DNA of 64,000 nucleotides from Deltaproteobacteria bacterium (GTDB lineage Bacteria > Myxococcota_A > Polyangia > Fen-1088), in the NCBI GenBank assembly GCA_033763315.1, contig JANRKS010000011.1:128001-192000 (forward strand). Direction: 5' to 3'. Each line of letters opens with the position of its first letter. Positions within the stretch are counted from its first letter, which is position 1. The notes beneath the pieces are model-generated. The model saw only the letters and a program-made list of their open reading frames with translations, ran no database searches and was not told the origin of the DNA. The translations under genes and the position numbers were made by a program. Of the stretch, positions 1 to 10,774 are shown piece by piece.

Positions 1-1063
1 GTCCCGAGGCGGCCAATGTGGCGCCATAGGCAGCCGGCGACGGACCCATGCTGGAGGCTTCGAACTCGATGTCGTGATCTCCAAGTTCAAGCGTGTCATC
101 GGGCCCCAGCTTGGGCGGCGAAGGCAAACGCCCGATCGAAGGTTGGTGGTCCTTTCTTTCCAGCTCCGCCAGCCAACGTTTGAGTTCGGTTTTGCCCGAC
201 GCTCCGAACACCTGCCGCTGCACATCTTCGATGGCCTCAAGAAATTCGTCAGCGGTTTGATAACGCTCCGATGGCCGCAGCTTCATGGCCTTGTTGATCA
301 TCGCGGCCACTTGCGGCGCCATATCGGGGATCACAAGTTCAGGCGCCACGAAGTCGGCTTTTTGCACGCGCAAGATCGATTCCAGATCCGTGGGCGCCTC
401 GAACGGTCGCTTGCCCGTGAACATCAAGTACAGCAGGGTGCCGATCGAGAACAGGTCGCTGCGCGCGTCAATGTGGGCGCTTGAGGCTTGCTCGGGCGAC
501 ATGAAGGCCAGCTTGCCCTTGATCACGCCCTGCACGGTGTTTTCGCCCCGCCTCACCATGGCTTTCGCGATGCCGAAGTCGGTCAGCTTCACTTCGCCTT
601 CCACGCTCACCAGCACGTTGTGGGGGCTGATGTCGCGGTGGACGATGCCCATGGGGCGGCCATCGCGGCGGCGGCTGTGGGCGTACGCCAACGCGCGACA
701 CACTTCGCCCACAATAAACAGGGCCAACGTGGGCGGCAGCTCGAACCCGCGCACGGCTTTGACGCGGTTCAAGATCTGGTTCAAATCCCAGCCATCGACC
801 AACTCCAGAACCAGGTAATAGTGGCCCTTGGCTTGGCCCAGATCCAACACCTGCACGATGTTGCCGTGGGTCAGCGACATGGCCACGTGGGCCTCATCAA
901 GCATCAGGTTCTTGAACTGCGGCTCGGCCAACAGGGCCGGCAGAATGCGCTTGAGCACCACCGGTCGCTCAAACCCCTCAACGCCGTGCTGAGTGCCTGA
1001 ATAGATCTCCGCCATCCCGCCGTCGGCGATTTTTCGGATGATCCTGTAGCGGCCTTTCGCCAT
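1..1063 (-). CDS. Hanks-type Ser/Thr protein kinase (3' end runs off window)
   Basis: Not in the ORF track. Manual translation from ATG at 1063 gives MAKGRYRIIRKIADGGMAEIY...VVLKRI...HRDISPHNVL...DFGIAK...GKLAFMSPEQ; no stop seen before base 1. Confidence 0.92.
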   Translation of the reverse strand, partial: MAKGRYRIIRKIADGGMAEIYSGTQHGVEGFERPVVLKRILPALLAEPQFKNLMLDEAHVAMSLTHGNIVQVLDLGQAKGHYYLVLELVDGWDLNQILNRVKAVRGFELPPTLALFIVGEVCRALAYAHSRRRDGRPMGIVHRDISPHNVLVSVEGEVKLTDFGIAKAMVRRGENTVQGVIKGKLAFMSPEQASSAHIDARSDLFSIGTLLYLMFTGKRPFEAPTDLESILRVQKADFVAPELVIPDMAPQVAAMINKAMKLRPSERYQTADEFLEAIEDVQRQVFGASGKTELKRWLAELERKDHQPSIGRLPSPPKLGPDDTLELGDHDIEFEASSMGPSPAAYGATLAASG

Positions 1064-1161
1064 AGTGAAGGGGGGAGGGGGCGCCGCCGGGGGCGCCGCG
1101 CCGCCAACAAAGTTATACTGATATCGCCGGCTTAGGTAGGGGCGTCTGGCAAAAGGACGCA

Positions 1162-1851
1162 TTGCGAGGGGGACGGTTCATGGCTAGGAGCTTAATGATG
1201 ATGCTGCTTCGCGTTTTTTCCGTCCGCCAGGTGGCTTGCGCTGCGGGTTTGGCGCTCGCGCTATCGGCGTGTGCGAACCCCAATTTGGGCCTGCAGGAAC
1301 TAAGAGGTGGCATTGAGATGGGGGTGAGGCGAGGCGCTGCGTGGACGACGCTCACGGTGAAGCCGCCCTATGTCATCGGAGCCCGCACCAATCTTTCGCT
1401 CAAGAACAGCGTGTTCAGCGGAAGCATCGAGGGACGGCCGGTGAAACTTTATGTGGAAAAGGACGGCATTCACGGCCAAGGCCCGTTCGGCAACGTGAAC
1501 GTCGTGATCTATGACGGGCCCGACTCGATGACGATCGAAGGCACATGGAACGACTACCGTGTGCACTTTAAAGTCACGGCTGAATCCTTTCGCGGCGTTA
1601 TCGCGGTGTGGAACGACAACGCCGGCCTCATTCGCAATTCCGAAACCTGCCAGTACGTCCTCGACAAGGTGGATCAAGACGGCAGCCGCATGGGCAGTTC
1701 CATCTGCTTTGGCATGCCCGAAGACACACGGATTGAAGTGCCCGGCCCGGTGCAGGATTGGCTGACGCGGCAAGAACTCACAGTGGTGCTGCTGGCCTTG
1801 TTGTCGTCGCCGCCGACCACCGTGCAAGAGCGCCGCGGCCCGCCCGTTTAA
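1162..1851 (+). CDS. hypothetical lipoprotein
   Basis: 229-aa ORF with a hydrophobic N-terminus ending in lipobox-like LSAC and a beta-rich body. True start may be a downstream ATG (about 1180-1201). Confidence 0.65.
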   Translation: MRGGRFMARSLMMMLLRVFSVRQVACAAGLALALSACANPNLGLQELRGGIEMGVRRGAAWTTLTVKPPYVIGARTNLSLKNSVFSGSIEGRPVKLYVEKDGIHGQGPFGNVNVVIYDGPDSMTIEGTWNDYRVHFKVTAESFRGVIAVWNDNAGLIRNSETCQYVLDKVDQDGSRMGSSICFGMPEDTRIEVPGPVQDWLTRQELTVVLLALLSSPPTTVQERRGPPV

Positions 1852-1994
1852 CCGCAAGAGCGCCGCGACCCTCGGAAGATAGGGCGACCAATACGTCCTT
1901 TGATTGGGCTTTCCCTGTAACGTGCCGCTGGGGTAAAAGACGGGGGCCTGGGTGGGTCACACCCGCTGGCGTTGGTCGTTAACGGAGGATCGTC

Positions 1995-4900
1995 GTGCTG
2001 CAAGGTATTCGTGCGTGGGGTCGCCTTGGTTTGTTCCTGGGTCTGGTGGGTGTGTTGTCTTCGTGTGAGGACGACACGTCGAAGAAGGGCGGCAACGACG
2101 GCGGCAATGCGAGTGGCGAATCAGATGCCAACGCTGCCGATGCGCCGGTGATCAATTTGCCCGACGCTTTGGCGGGGCTTGATGTCACGGTGCCTGACGT
2201 GCAGGTGCCGGCCACTTGTGGCAACGGCAAAGTCGAAGATGGCGAAGAGTGCGACGACGGCAACCAGAGCAACGAGGACGCGTGCTTGCAGATATGCCGC
2301 TTCTCACCATTTTGCGGTGACGGTGTGCTGTTCGCGCTCACGGAAGAGTGCGACGACGGCAACCAAGTGAACACCGATGGCTGCCTCACCACGTGTCGCA
2401 AGGCCAAGTGCGGCGATGGCGTGGTTGCCACGGGGCAAGAGGCGTGCGACGACGGCAACACGAACACCACGGACGGCTGCACGAACACGTGTGCGGTTGC
2501 AAAATGTGGTGATGGCATTGTGCAGAACGGCGTTGAGGCCTGCGATGACGGCAACCAAAACAACCTCGACGGCTGCTCAAATGCTTGTGCCAACGCGCGC
2601 TGTGGCGATGGCGTGGTGCAAGTGGGTGAAGCCTGCGACGACGGCAACACCAACAACGCCGACGAATGCACCAACCAATGTCGAGGCAAAGCGTGTGGTG
2701 ATGGCGTCAAGCAGCCCGGCGAAGCCTGCGACGACGGCAACCAAGTCAACACCGATGAGTGTACCAACGCTTGTTTGCAGCCTTCGTGTGGCGATGGCTT
2801 CGTGCAAGCGGGCGAAGTGTGCGACGACGGCAATCAATCAAATGGCGACGCTTGTACGGCGGTATGTGCGGCGGCTAAATGCGGTGACGGTTTCGTGCAA
2901 CCTGGCGAAACTTGTGACGATGGCAACCAAAGCAACACGGATGCCTGCACCAATAGCTGCGCTCTTGCCCGCTGTGGCGATGGCTGGAAGCAGGGCGACG
3001 AGGCGTGCGATGACGGCAATTCATCGAACGACGACGCTTGCACGAACCGCTGCACGGCGGCCGTTTGTGGCGACGGCTTTGTGCAGGCGGGCGAAACGTG
3101 TGATGACGGCAACCGCGCCAACGACGACCGCTGCACCAACGCGTGCCAGGCGGCCCGCTGCGGCGACGGCATCGTGCAAGCCGGTGAAGCGTGCGATGAC
3201 GGCAATACAAGCGATGCGGATCTGTGCACCAACGTGTGCGCGCTGCCAACCTGTGGCGACGGCGTTGCGCAGCCCGGTGAAGCATGCGACGACGGCAACA
3301 AAGACAACACCGACTCATGCACCTCCTCTTGTGCGGCGGCGGCATGTGGCGATGGGGTGCTGCAAGCGGGCGTCGAGGCCTGTGATGATGGCAACCAAGA
3401 CAACACCGACGCTTGCACCACCGCCTGCCGTGCGGCCCGCTGTGGCGATGGCGTGGTGCTGCTGGGGACCGAGTTTTGCGACGACGGCAACAGAGACAAC
3501 AACGATAGCTGTGTGTTGTGCCAAGTGGCCCGCTGTGGCGATGGCTTGGTGTGGGCCGGTCAAGAGTCCTGCGACGACGGCAACAAGGTGGACACCGACG
3601 GTTGCTTGAGCAGCTGCCAGGTGGCGGTGTGCGGTGACGGCGTGGTGCAAACGGGCGTGGAGGAATGTGACGATGGCAACAACGTGGACACGGATGGCTG
3701 CATCACGTGCAAGGTCGCCCAGTGTGGCGACGGGAAGTTGCGAGGTGGGGTTGAGGCTTGCGACGACGGCAACCAAAACAACGGCGATGGCTGCACCAAC
3801 ATGTGTGCCGTGGCCACGTGTGGCGATGGCTTCGTCCAAGGTGAAGAAGCGTGCGACGATGGCAATGCCAACAACACCGATGCTTGCACTACGGCGTGCC
3901 GCCCGGCCCGCTGTGGTGATGGTTTCGTGCAAGGTGAAGAAGATTGCGATGACGGCAACCTCGACAACACCGATGGCTGCACAAACGTCTGCGCTCGCCC
4001 CCGTTGCGGCGATGGCTTCACCCAACCGGGTGCGCAAGAAGCCTGCGATGATGGCAACCGTTCTGATGCAGATGCGTGCCGCAACGATTGCCAAGCTTCT
4101 TTGTGCGTGCCCACGCCGGAAGGCATGAACGACAACAACGTGTGCACCACCGACGCGTGCGATCCGTACGAAGGCGTTGTGCACGTGCCGCTTAGCCAAG
4201 TGAGCTGCGATGATGGCTTGCTGTGCAACGGTGTGGCTGTGTGCAGGGAAGGGCAGTGCTCCCAGGGCACACCTGTGGCCGTGGATGACGGCAACCCTTG
4301 CACGGCCGACTCATGCAATGAGGAGACAGGCGTTGTGAATGTGCCTTTCACAGCAGACACGTGCGGCGATGGCAACGCGTGCACGCAATGTCAAGAAGGC
4401 ACGTGTGTGGCAAAACCTCTGCCTGAAAGTGAAAACGTGTGCGTGTCATGGAGCTGCGATCCGAAAGAGGGCGTGGTGATGAACGTGTTGAGTGACGTGG
4501 TCTGTGGGGGCGACATTTGTACGGGCTTGGGTGTCTGCAACCAGGGGCAGTGCCAGTTCGGTTACCCGGCGGTGGTGCAAGACGACGAGAACGACTGCAC
4601 CGTTGATACGTGCGACGCGGCCACGGGAGGCACCTTGCATACGCCGAGGGAAGGCGCTTGCGATACAGGGAATCTGTGTGTGCCGGGGTTCTGCGCCAGG
4701 GGGCAGTGCGTTCGGGGGCAAACGATCCCAGGCGAGGACGATGGCAATGTGTGCACCCGCGATTATTGCGATGCTGAGCGCGGCATCCAAGCGCACGAGC
4801 CGATCGATTTACCAGAGATCGTTACCTGCTCACCCGGCAGGTGCATGGCGGGAACCAGCCTTTGCCTCGCCGGCGCGTGCAAAGTCGTCGTGCCGCCACG

Positions 4901-5180
4901 TAGCGACACAACCAACAACCTCTCGAACTGCAGCGCACTCATCTGCGATCCGGGCACGGGTGAGACGACCCAACAGCCGTCGCCCGTCATCGGCCTTGGC
5001 TGCAAGGTAAGTTGTTCACCCAACGCCACCGCTTGCAACCCAACGCCGCAGTTGTGTGGCGTTGGCGAGTCGTGTGCATCGAGTTACCAATGCGACGATG
5101 GCGCGCTCAGATGTGTCGCGCCGCTGTTTACACCCATCGGCGGCGACTTCTTTCCTGGAGACTTTGTCACTGGTCAGTGA
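1995..5180 (+). CDS. Cys-rich repeat surface lipoprotein (DUF4215 / myxococcal Cys-rich repeat type)
   Basis: GGAGG RBS before GTG; lipobox-like LSSC; 20 CG(D/N)G..E.CDDGN repeats followed by DDxNxCTxDxC-type repeats. Confidence 0.9.
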   Translation: MLQGIRAWGRLGLFLGLVGVLSSCEDDTSKKGGNDGGNASGESDANAADAPVINLPDALAGLDVTVPDVQVPATCGNGKVEDGEECDDGNQSNEDACLQICRFSPFCGDGVLFALTEECDDGNQVNTDGCLTTCRKAKCGDGVVATGQEACDDGNTNTTDGCTNTCAVAKCGDGIVQNGVEACDDGNQNNLDGCSNACANARCGDGVVQVGEACDDGNTNNADECTNQCRGKACGDGVKQPGEACDDGNQVNTDECTNACLQPSCGDGFVQAGEVCDDGNQSNGDACTAVCAAAKCGDGFVQPGETCDDGNQSNTDACTNSCALARCGDGWKQGDEACDDGNSSNDDACTNRCTAAVCGDGFVQAGETCDDGNRANDDRCTNACQAARCGDGIVQAGEACDDGNTSDADLCTNVCALPTCGDGVAQPGEACDDGNKDNTDSCTSSCAAAACGDGVLQAGVEACDDGNQDNTDACTTACRAARCGDGVVLLGTEFCDDGNRDNNDSCVLCQVARCGDGLVWAGQESCDDGNKVDTDGCLSSCQVAVCGDGVVQTGVEECDDGNNVDTDGCITCKVAQCGDGKLRGGVEACDDGNQNNGDGCTNMCAVATCGDGFVQGEEACDDGNANNTDACTTACRPARCGDGFVQGEEDCDDGNLDNTDGCTNVCARPRCGDGFTQPGAQEACDDGNRSDADACRNDCQASLCVPTPEGMNDNNVCTTDACDPYEGVVHVPLSQVSCDDGLLCNGVAVCREGQCSQGTPVAVDDGNPCTADSCNEETGVVNVPFTADTCGDGNACTQCQEGTCVAKPLPESENVCVSWSCDPKEGVVMNVLSDVVCGGDICTGLGVCNQGQCQFGYPAVVQDDENDCTVDTCDAATGGTLHTPREGACDTGNLCVPGFCARGQCVRGQTIPGEDDGNVCTRDYCDAERGIQAHEPIDLPEIVTCSPGRCMAGTSLCLAGACKVVVPPRSDTTNNLSNCSALICDPGTGETTQQPSPVIGLGCKVSCSPNATACNPTPQLCGVGESCASSYQCDDGALRCVAPLFTPIGGDFFPGDFVTGQ
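2217..4092 (+). repeat. 20 tandem degenerate ~93-96 bp coding repeats (CGDG-x-EACDDGN-x-C-x3-C)
   Basis: Counted in the translation; tgtggcgatggc and tgcgacgacggcaac recur in the DNA. Confidence 0.9.
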
Positions 5181-5360
5181 GTCAAGGCGCGCGCGAGCTG
5201 CGAGGTGAGCACCGCCTTGGTTCCGACCAGATCAGCCAGCGGTGCCCATTAATGACCCTCAGTTCCGACCACATGTACGACACGCGCCACGGCGTAATAT
5301 CCCCGTCGCGGCCGTCAGAAGGTATACTCTCCGGTCTGGTACAAACTGGGGAGTACACCA

Positions 5361-6782
5361 ATGTTTAAAGCGCGTTCGTCTGTTAGCAACGGAGTTTTGG
5401 GGTTCGCGGCCGTGCTCATCACCGCCGGCATCTCTGTGATGTGTAGCAGCGGCGGCAGCAAGACCGACGAAGCGAACGGCGGCGGGCCGGCGGCAGGCGG
5501 CAGTTCCAGCGGTGGCAGCGCCAGTGGGGGCAACGCCGGCTCCACCGGAGGCTCTGCGGCCGGGGGGGCCTCGGCTATGGGAGGGGCCGCCCAAGGTGGG
5601 TCTCCCGGTACCGGAGGCGGCGGCACCGGGGGCACCCCAGGCACAGGCGGAACCGCCGCCGTCTGCAATGGCGTGCCGAAACTCAAATTGACCCCGGTTG
5701 TCACAGACGCGTCTGATCCGATTTTGATAACCCAGCCCATTGGCGACACGCGTTTGTTTGTGGTCGAACGACGTGGCGTCATCCGGTTGGTCGGTGATGG
5801 TGGCAAGGTTTCCGCCACACCGTTTGCCGATCTCCGCAACAACGTCGCCAATCCAGGCAACAGCGAGCGCGGCTTGTTGGGGCTCGCCTTTCATCCTGCC
5901 TATGCCACCAATGGTCGGTTCTTTGTGTATTACACCGCCAAGAATGGCGACACGGTTTCGGGCGGAAACGAGGGCGATCTTGTGATCGCCGAGGGCAAGC
6001 GGTCGGCGGATCCAAACAAGGCCGAAGCGACTCTGACCATGATCAAAAAGATCGCTCACAGCACGCACTCGAATCACAACGGGGGCATGTTGAACTTTGG
6101 CAAAGATGGCTTCCTCTACGCGGGCACGGGTGATGGTGGATCTGGTGGCGATCCCTTCAAGGCCGGGCAAGACGCCAAGCAAGCTCTGGGCAAATTGTTG
6201 CGTATCGATGTCGACAAACCGACGGTTCGTCCGGCCGGGAACATGCCGGAGCCTGCCGACATTCACGTGTTTGCGATCGGGCTGCGCAACCCATGGCGTT
6301 GGAGCTTCGATCGCGCCACGGGCGATCTCTACATTGGCGACGTCGGCCAGGACGCGTGGGAGGAAGTCGATTACGTCAAGGCCGCCGACGTCAAGGCCGG
6401 CATCAACTTTGGCTGGAGCTCGGTAGAAGGCAAGCACTGCTACACGAACAATTGCGACATGGGCGGAAAAATCGCCCCTGTCATCGAATACGCCAATCCT
6501 CCCGGTAACGATGCTCGATCCGTCACAGGCGGCTTCGTTTATCGGGGCAGCAAAATTCCGTGCTTGGTCGGGCGATACATCTATGCCGACGACATCATCA
6601 ACAAAGTGTATTCGTTCGTGATCGCCAATGGCCAAGCTTCGGGCGAAACGGAATTGACGGCCGATCTCACAGAAGGCGGCGTTCAAATCGGTGATGTTGC
6701 CGCCTTCGGCGAAGACAACGCAGGCGAGCTGTATTTGGTGGCCCGCGCCGCGGGGAGAATCTACAAGATCGAAGCGCAGTAG
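5361..6782 (+). CDS. PQQ-dependent sugar dehydrogenase (glucose/sorbosone dehydrogenase family), exported
   Basis: Motifs ERGLLGLAFHP, NHNGGMLNFGKDGFLY, GLRNPWRWSFD, GDVGQDAWEEV; signal peptide plus Gly-rich linker. Confidence 0.9.
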   Translation: MFKARSSVSNGVLGFAAVLITAGISVMCSSGGSKTDEANGGGPAAGGSSSGGSASGGNAGSTGGSAAGGASAMGGAAQGGSPGTGGGGTGGTPGTGGTAAVCNGVPKLKLTPVVTDASDPILITQPIGDTRLFVVERRGVIRLVGDGGKVSATPFADLRNNVANPGNSERGLLGLAFHPAYATNGRFFVYYTAKNGDTVSGGNEGDLVIAEGKRSADPNKAEATLTMIKKIAHSTHSNHNGGMLNFGKDGFLYAGTGDGGSGGDPFKAGQDAKQALGKLLRIDVDKPTVRPAGNMPEPADIHVFAIGLRNPWRWSFDRATGDLYIGDVGQDAWEEVDYVKAADVKAGINFGWSSVEGKHCYTNNCDMGGKIAPVIEYANPPGNDARSVTGGFVYRGSKIPCLVGRYIYADDIINKVYSFVIANGQASGETELTADLTEGGVQIGDVAAFGEDNAGELYLVARAAGRIYKIEAQ

Positions 6783-6814
6783 CAAATGTCGCATGCAACG
6801 CGAAGTGCGCTCTT

Positions 6815-7381
6815 ATGAGTGAAGACTTCACCACGGTTCTCACCTCACAGCAGCCTGCGTTGATCGCGCAGGCCGCGGCGATTCTGGAATCAGCGGGGAT
6901 TCCTTACCAGCAGCCGGGCTACCAACACGCCAGCCTGATGCCGCAGGTGAACTTCATCAAGATCGAACTGCGCGTGCCTACGGACCGCGTTGAAGAGGCG
7001 CGTCGAGCGCTTGGTGACATTGACGAGCTCATGCGCGATGGCAGCGAAGGGCGGCCTGTGTTCCGGGTGCAGCGGCACGCAGGCGCCACCTTCGCGATCA
7101 TTGGGGGACTTATCGGCGCCCTCGCAGCCTTGGCCTTGCTGACGACGGAACTCGACTTCCGAGTTTGGCTGGCGCCGCTGGTTCTCGCTGGTTTTCCACT
7201 GATAGGTTTCATCATGGGTTCGGGAATGCGCGTCGACTATTGTTCTGCGCCCGGCTGTCCCGGAGAGCTATCGCCGGCCGCAGTCTCATGCCCGCGTTGC
7301 AAGGGCATCGTGCGTGGCCGGATCAATCACGCCTCCCAGCACCTGGCCTCGGCTGAAGCTTTCGAGCAAGCCGACCCTTGA
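6815..7381 (+). CDS. membrane protein, DUF2007-like N-terminus, two TM helices, C-terminal zinc-ribbon-like motif
   Basis: AAILESAGIP...LRVP..EEARRAL pattern; two hydrophobic segments; CSAPGC...CPRC. Confidence 0.6.
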   Translation: MSEDFTTVLTSQQPALIAQAAAILESAGIPYQQPGYQHASLMPQVNFIKIELRVPTDRVEEARRALGDIDELMRDGSEGRPVFRVQRHAGATFAIIGGLIGALAALALLTTELDFRVWLAPLVLAGFPLIGFIMGSGMRVDYCSAPGCPGELSPAAVSCPRCKGIVRGRINHASQHLASAEAFEQADP

Positions 7382-7579
7382 CCGCGCCTTCGCGCCACCA
7401 CGTCGCGACCGGGGCAACCGGGGCGCCACGCGCCCGCGCGTCACCGATCTACGTAAAATAACGTGTGGTTAGGCAGAAATGCCCATTTCGATCTGGCTAG
7501 AGATCGCGTCTATTTGATGGGACTATTTGTGCACATTTGGGCGCTTTTGGCGCTCGTTTACGGTCGGAAGAGGAGTTTC

Positions 7580-9310
7580 ATGCTGACCGAATCGCGCTTT
7601 ACGCTATTTGTTTTGTGTCTAGCAACCTCCTGTTCAGGTGCTGTGGGAGGAGCGAGCTCGGGTGGCGACGACGCCGCAGGTGGCGATGGGGGCAGCAGCG
7701 GCGTTGGCGGGGACAGTGCGGGTGGCGCTGTCGGCAAGCCGGTGGCGCGCAACCCCACCTTCGACTTGGCGTGCCCCGCTGGCGTTGGGCCCTTCATCGG
7801 CAGCTCACCACTGACTCGCCTGACGAACGTTGAATACAACAACACCTTGGCGGACCTCTTCGGCCCCGCGAACGTGCAGAAGCAAGGGCTGCCCGCCGAG
7901 GTTATCGCCGATGGCTTCAACAATGACGCCGTCGCACAATCGCCCTCAACGGTCTTAATCGAGAACCTTGAAGCCGCGCCGATCACGATCACGGATGCGA
8001 CGATCGACAAAGCCGTGGGCTGCCAGGCCGCATCTGCCGTCGAAGAAAGCGCCTGCCTCGATAAGTTCTTCTCATCGTTTGCCAAACGCCTCTACCGGCG
8101 GCCGTTGACCGCAACGGAAATTAGTCGATACAAGACCTTTGTCTCCACACTGCGCAAGACCGATGACTTTGCCAGCAGCGTTCGCACGCTTGTGCGCGGC
8201 ATGATGCAATCGCCGCAGTTTCTTTATCGCGCTGAAACAGGCGAAAGCGCCAGCGACAAGAACCCAATCAAATTGACCGGCTACGAAGTGGCTTCGCGCC
8301 TTTCCTATTTGCTGTGGGACACGATGCCCGACGCCGATTTATTTGCAGCCGCGGAAGCGGGTGAACTAGACAATGCGGATGGCATCGCAAAGCAAACGAT
8401 GCGCTTGATGGGCGATCCACGTGCCCGCGGATCTGTGTCTGAATTTGTAAGGCAGTGGTTGGAATACGATCGCATCGACAACAACATCGCCAAGAAGAAC
8501 GCCACAACTTTTCCGAAGTACACAGACGCTACCAAAGCGGCGCTTAGCAGCGGCCTGCGTAAGTTTGTGGAAGATGCCATCTGGAGCAGCGACACCAGCT
8601 TGCGCGACATGCTTTTGAGCAAGAAGGCTTACGTCAGCGATGCAAGTGCGTTTATCTACAACGTAGGTGCCCCTGGTGCTGAGCTGAAATCGATGGCCGT
8701 GGACAACGGGCAACGCGCGGGCCTGCTCACGCAGGCAGGTTTTCTCGCTGGTTTTGGCCACGAAACGCTGCAAGCGCCGATCTTGCGCGGCATCTTCGTG
8801 TTGGACCGATTGCTGTGCCAACCACCACCGCCGCCACCCGTGAACGTGAACACGGCGCTTGCCGATCCGCCCAAGGGCGCGGGGCCCACCACCCTGCGCC
8901 AACGGATCGAAATGTCGCACCAGAAGGGCGCGTGCGCCAGTTGCCACAAAACCATCGATGCCGTGGGGTTTGGCCTCGAGAACTTCGATGCCATCGGGCA
9001 GTACCGAACGATCGAAAATACGTTGCCCGTGGATGCGCGTGGTTCGATCTCGGACACGTTCGACGCGAACGGCGATTTCAACGGCGCCGTTGAATTGGCT
9101 GAACGTTTGGCGAAGAGCGAACAAGTTTCTGAATGCGTGACTGCCAAGATGGTTCGTTACGCTCTGTCGCGCGCGGTTGAACCCACGGATGGCTGCACCA
9201 TATCCAGCCTCACCGACGGCATGGTGCAAAGTGGTGGCGACATAAAATCAATGATGTTGGCGTTGGTTAAAGGCGACAGCTTTCGCTACCGCGCACCTAT
9301 CACGCCTTGA
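7580..9310 (+). CDS. DUF1592/DUF1588 (PSD/PSCyt) multidomain protein
   Basis: RLTNVEYNNT, SPQFLYR, YEVASRLSYLLWDTMPD, ILRGIFV, CASCH, ENFDAIG. AGGAG RBS favours ATG 7580 over the track start 7463. Confidence 0.9.
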   Translation: MLTESRFTLFVLCLATSCSGAVGGASSGGDDAAGGDGGSSGVGGDSAGGAVGKPVARNPTFDLACPAGVGPFIGSSPLTRLTNVEYNNTLADLFGPANVQKQGLPAEVIADGFNNDAVAQSPSTVLIENLEAAPITITDATIDKAVGCQAASAVEESACLDKFFSSFAKRLYRRPLTATEISRYKTFVSTLRKTDDFASSVRTLVRGMMQSPQFLYRAETGESASDKNPIKLTGYEVASRLSYLLWDTMPDADLFAAAEAGELDNADGIAKQTMRLMGDPRARGSVSEFVRQWLEYDRIDNNIAKKNATTFPKYTDATKAALSSGLRKFVEDAIWSSDTSLRDMLLSKKAYVSDASAFIYNVGAPGAELKSMAVDNGQRAGLLTQAGFLAGFGHETLQAPILRGIFVLDRLLCQPPPPPPVNVNTALADPPKGAGPTTLRQRIEMSHQKGACASCHKTIDAVGFGLENFDAIGQYRTIENTLPVDARGSISDTFDANGDFNGAVELAERLAKSEQVSECVTAKMVRYALSRAVEPTDGCTISSLTDGMVQSGGDIKSMMLALVKGDSFRYRAPITP

Positions 9311-9341
9311 TCTCACCGCAAGTTGTTTGGCGAGGGGAAAC

Positions 9342-10757
9342 ATGACTTCTGGAATGACACGTAAACTTTCGATGTTGGGCCGCCGAGACCTGCTGCGTGC
9401 GGCAGGTCTCGGCACCGCCGCCACTTTGTTGCCGTCTTTGCGTCGCGCCGAAGCCGCCAGTGGCATCCCCACACGCTTCGTTGTGTTCTACACGCAACAC
9501 GGAACGCTTCCCGAGCCATGGAAGCCCACCGGTCCCGGTGGCGTTGGCGCGGCCTCAGAGACGTCGTTTGACCTTGGAGAATTGCACCAGCCACTGGCTT
9601 CGTTCAAGAAGGACCTAATCCTTCTGTCAGGTCTGGACATGCGTTCATGGGCTGACGGTCCGCAAGTGGCATGCGGGCACGTCAACGGGCAGGTGGCTTC
9701 GCTCACCAACTTCGATGCGATCTCAAAGGGCAACGCGGGCGGGCCTTCCATCGATCAGTACATCGCCGCAGGCTTGAAGAAGCAGAACGGCGGCGTGTCT
9801 CCCACCAAGCTGCCATCCATGAATCTGGCGGCCGCCGGCGATGGATACTTTGGGCAAGCCGCGTTTTTTTCGGGACCTGGCGCCCTTGTGCCGATTGAGT
9901 CGTCGCCCACGCGGGCTTACCAACGCTTGTTTCCGAACGGTACGTCGCCTTCAACCACCGGGCCAAGCCTCGACGCTTTGGCCGCCGCGCGGCGCCGGTC
10001 GGCGGCGATGGATGTGGCCATGGGAGAGTTTGCGGCCGTTGAGAATCTGCTTGGCAAGGCTGAGAAAACCAAACTCGAAGCGCACGCCGCGGCGATCAAG
10101 GATCTTCAAACGCGCCTGAGCAAAGCACCGGGTGGCGGAGGAACGTCTTGCATGGCGCCCACCGCGCCAGCCGCCAAAGTGGGTTTTCGCGATGGTGGCG
10201 ACGCCATGATTCGCATGATCCAAGCAGGGTTCGCCTGCGATCTCACCCGCGTGGCGTCGTTGTGGATGGGATCAACGCCCAACGCTGACTGTGGCTACTC
10301 GCCCGGCATGCTGGGCACAACGGATCTGCATGATCTCGTGCACAAGGTGGATGGCGACATGAGGAGCAATCCTACCGCCGTGGGCGTAATCAAAAAATTC
10401 CACATCGCGTATTCGCAGGTGTTTGCGCAGTTGCTGACGGCGCTCAAGGCCATTCCCGAATCTGATGGCAGCACGATGTTGGATCACACGGTGATCTTGT
10501 GGGCGGGCGAGATCGCGCAGGGTGGTCACGGCTGTGCCAACTTAAAGTGGATGTTGGCGGGCAGCGCCGGTGGCTACTTCAAAACCGGGCGCTATCTGAA
10601 CTGGGGCGACTACAACCGCGGTGAATATGGCCCCGACAGGAACGGGCCTTCTAACGGTGATTTGTTCTCGTCGCTTGCCAACGCCATGGGTGTGCCCACC
10701 ACCACGTATGGCAGCAACGGCCGCAGCACCGGCCCGATCGCTAAACTGCGCGGCTAG
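9342..10757 (+). CDS. DUF1552 domain protein with Tat signal
   Basis: GRRDLLRAAG twin-arginine motif; PTRFVVFY, PSIDQ, FACDLTRVASL, STMLDHT; directly follows the DUF1592 gene. Confidence 0.88.
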   Translation: MTSGMTRKLSMLGRRDLLRAAGLGTAATLLPSLRRAEAASGIPTRFVVFYTQHGTLPEPWKPTGPGGVGAASETSFDLGELHQPLASFKKDLILLSGLDMRSWADGPQVACGHVNGQVASLTNFDAISKGNAGGPSIDQYIAAGLKKQNGGVSPTKLPSMNLAAAGDGYFGQAAFFSGPGALVPIESSPTRAYQRLFPNGTSPSTTGPSLDALAAARRRSAAMDVAMGEFAAVENLLGKAEKTKLEAHAAAIKDLQTRLSKAPGGGGTSCMAPTAPAAKVGFRDGGDAMIRMIQAGFACDLTRVASLWMGSTPNADCGYSPGMLGTTDLHDLVHKVDGDMRSNPTAVGVIKKFHIAYSQVFAQLLTALKAIPESDGSTMLDHTVILWAGEIAQGGHGCANLKWMLAGSAGGYFKTGRYLNWGDYNRGEYGPDRNGPSNGDLFSSLANAMGVPTTTYGSNGRSTGPIAKLRG

Positions 10758-10774
10758 GGCGGCGAACGCTTGCC

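Noticed and set aside
2217-4092. Regular ~95-bp repeats as a possible CRISPR array
   Set aside because: Degenerate at third codon positions, in frame within a CDS, and no cas genes seen.
1979-4384. Long antisense and off-frame ORFs with repeated LPSSQ/PSPH motifs
   Set aside because: Shadows of the Cys-rich repeat gene on the plus strand.
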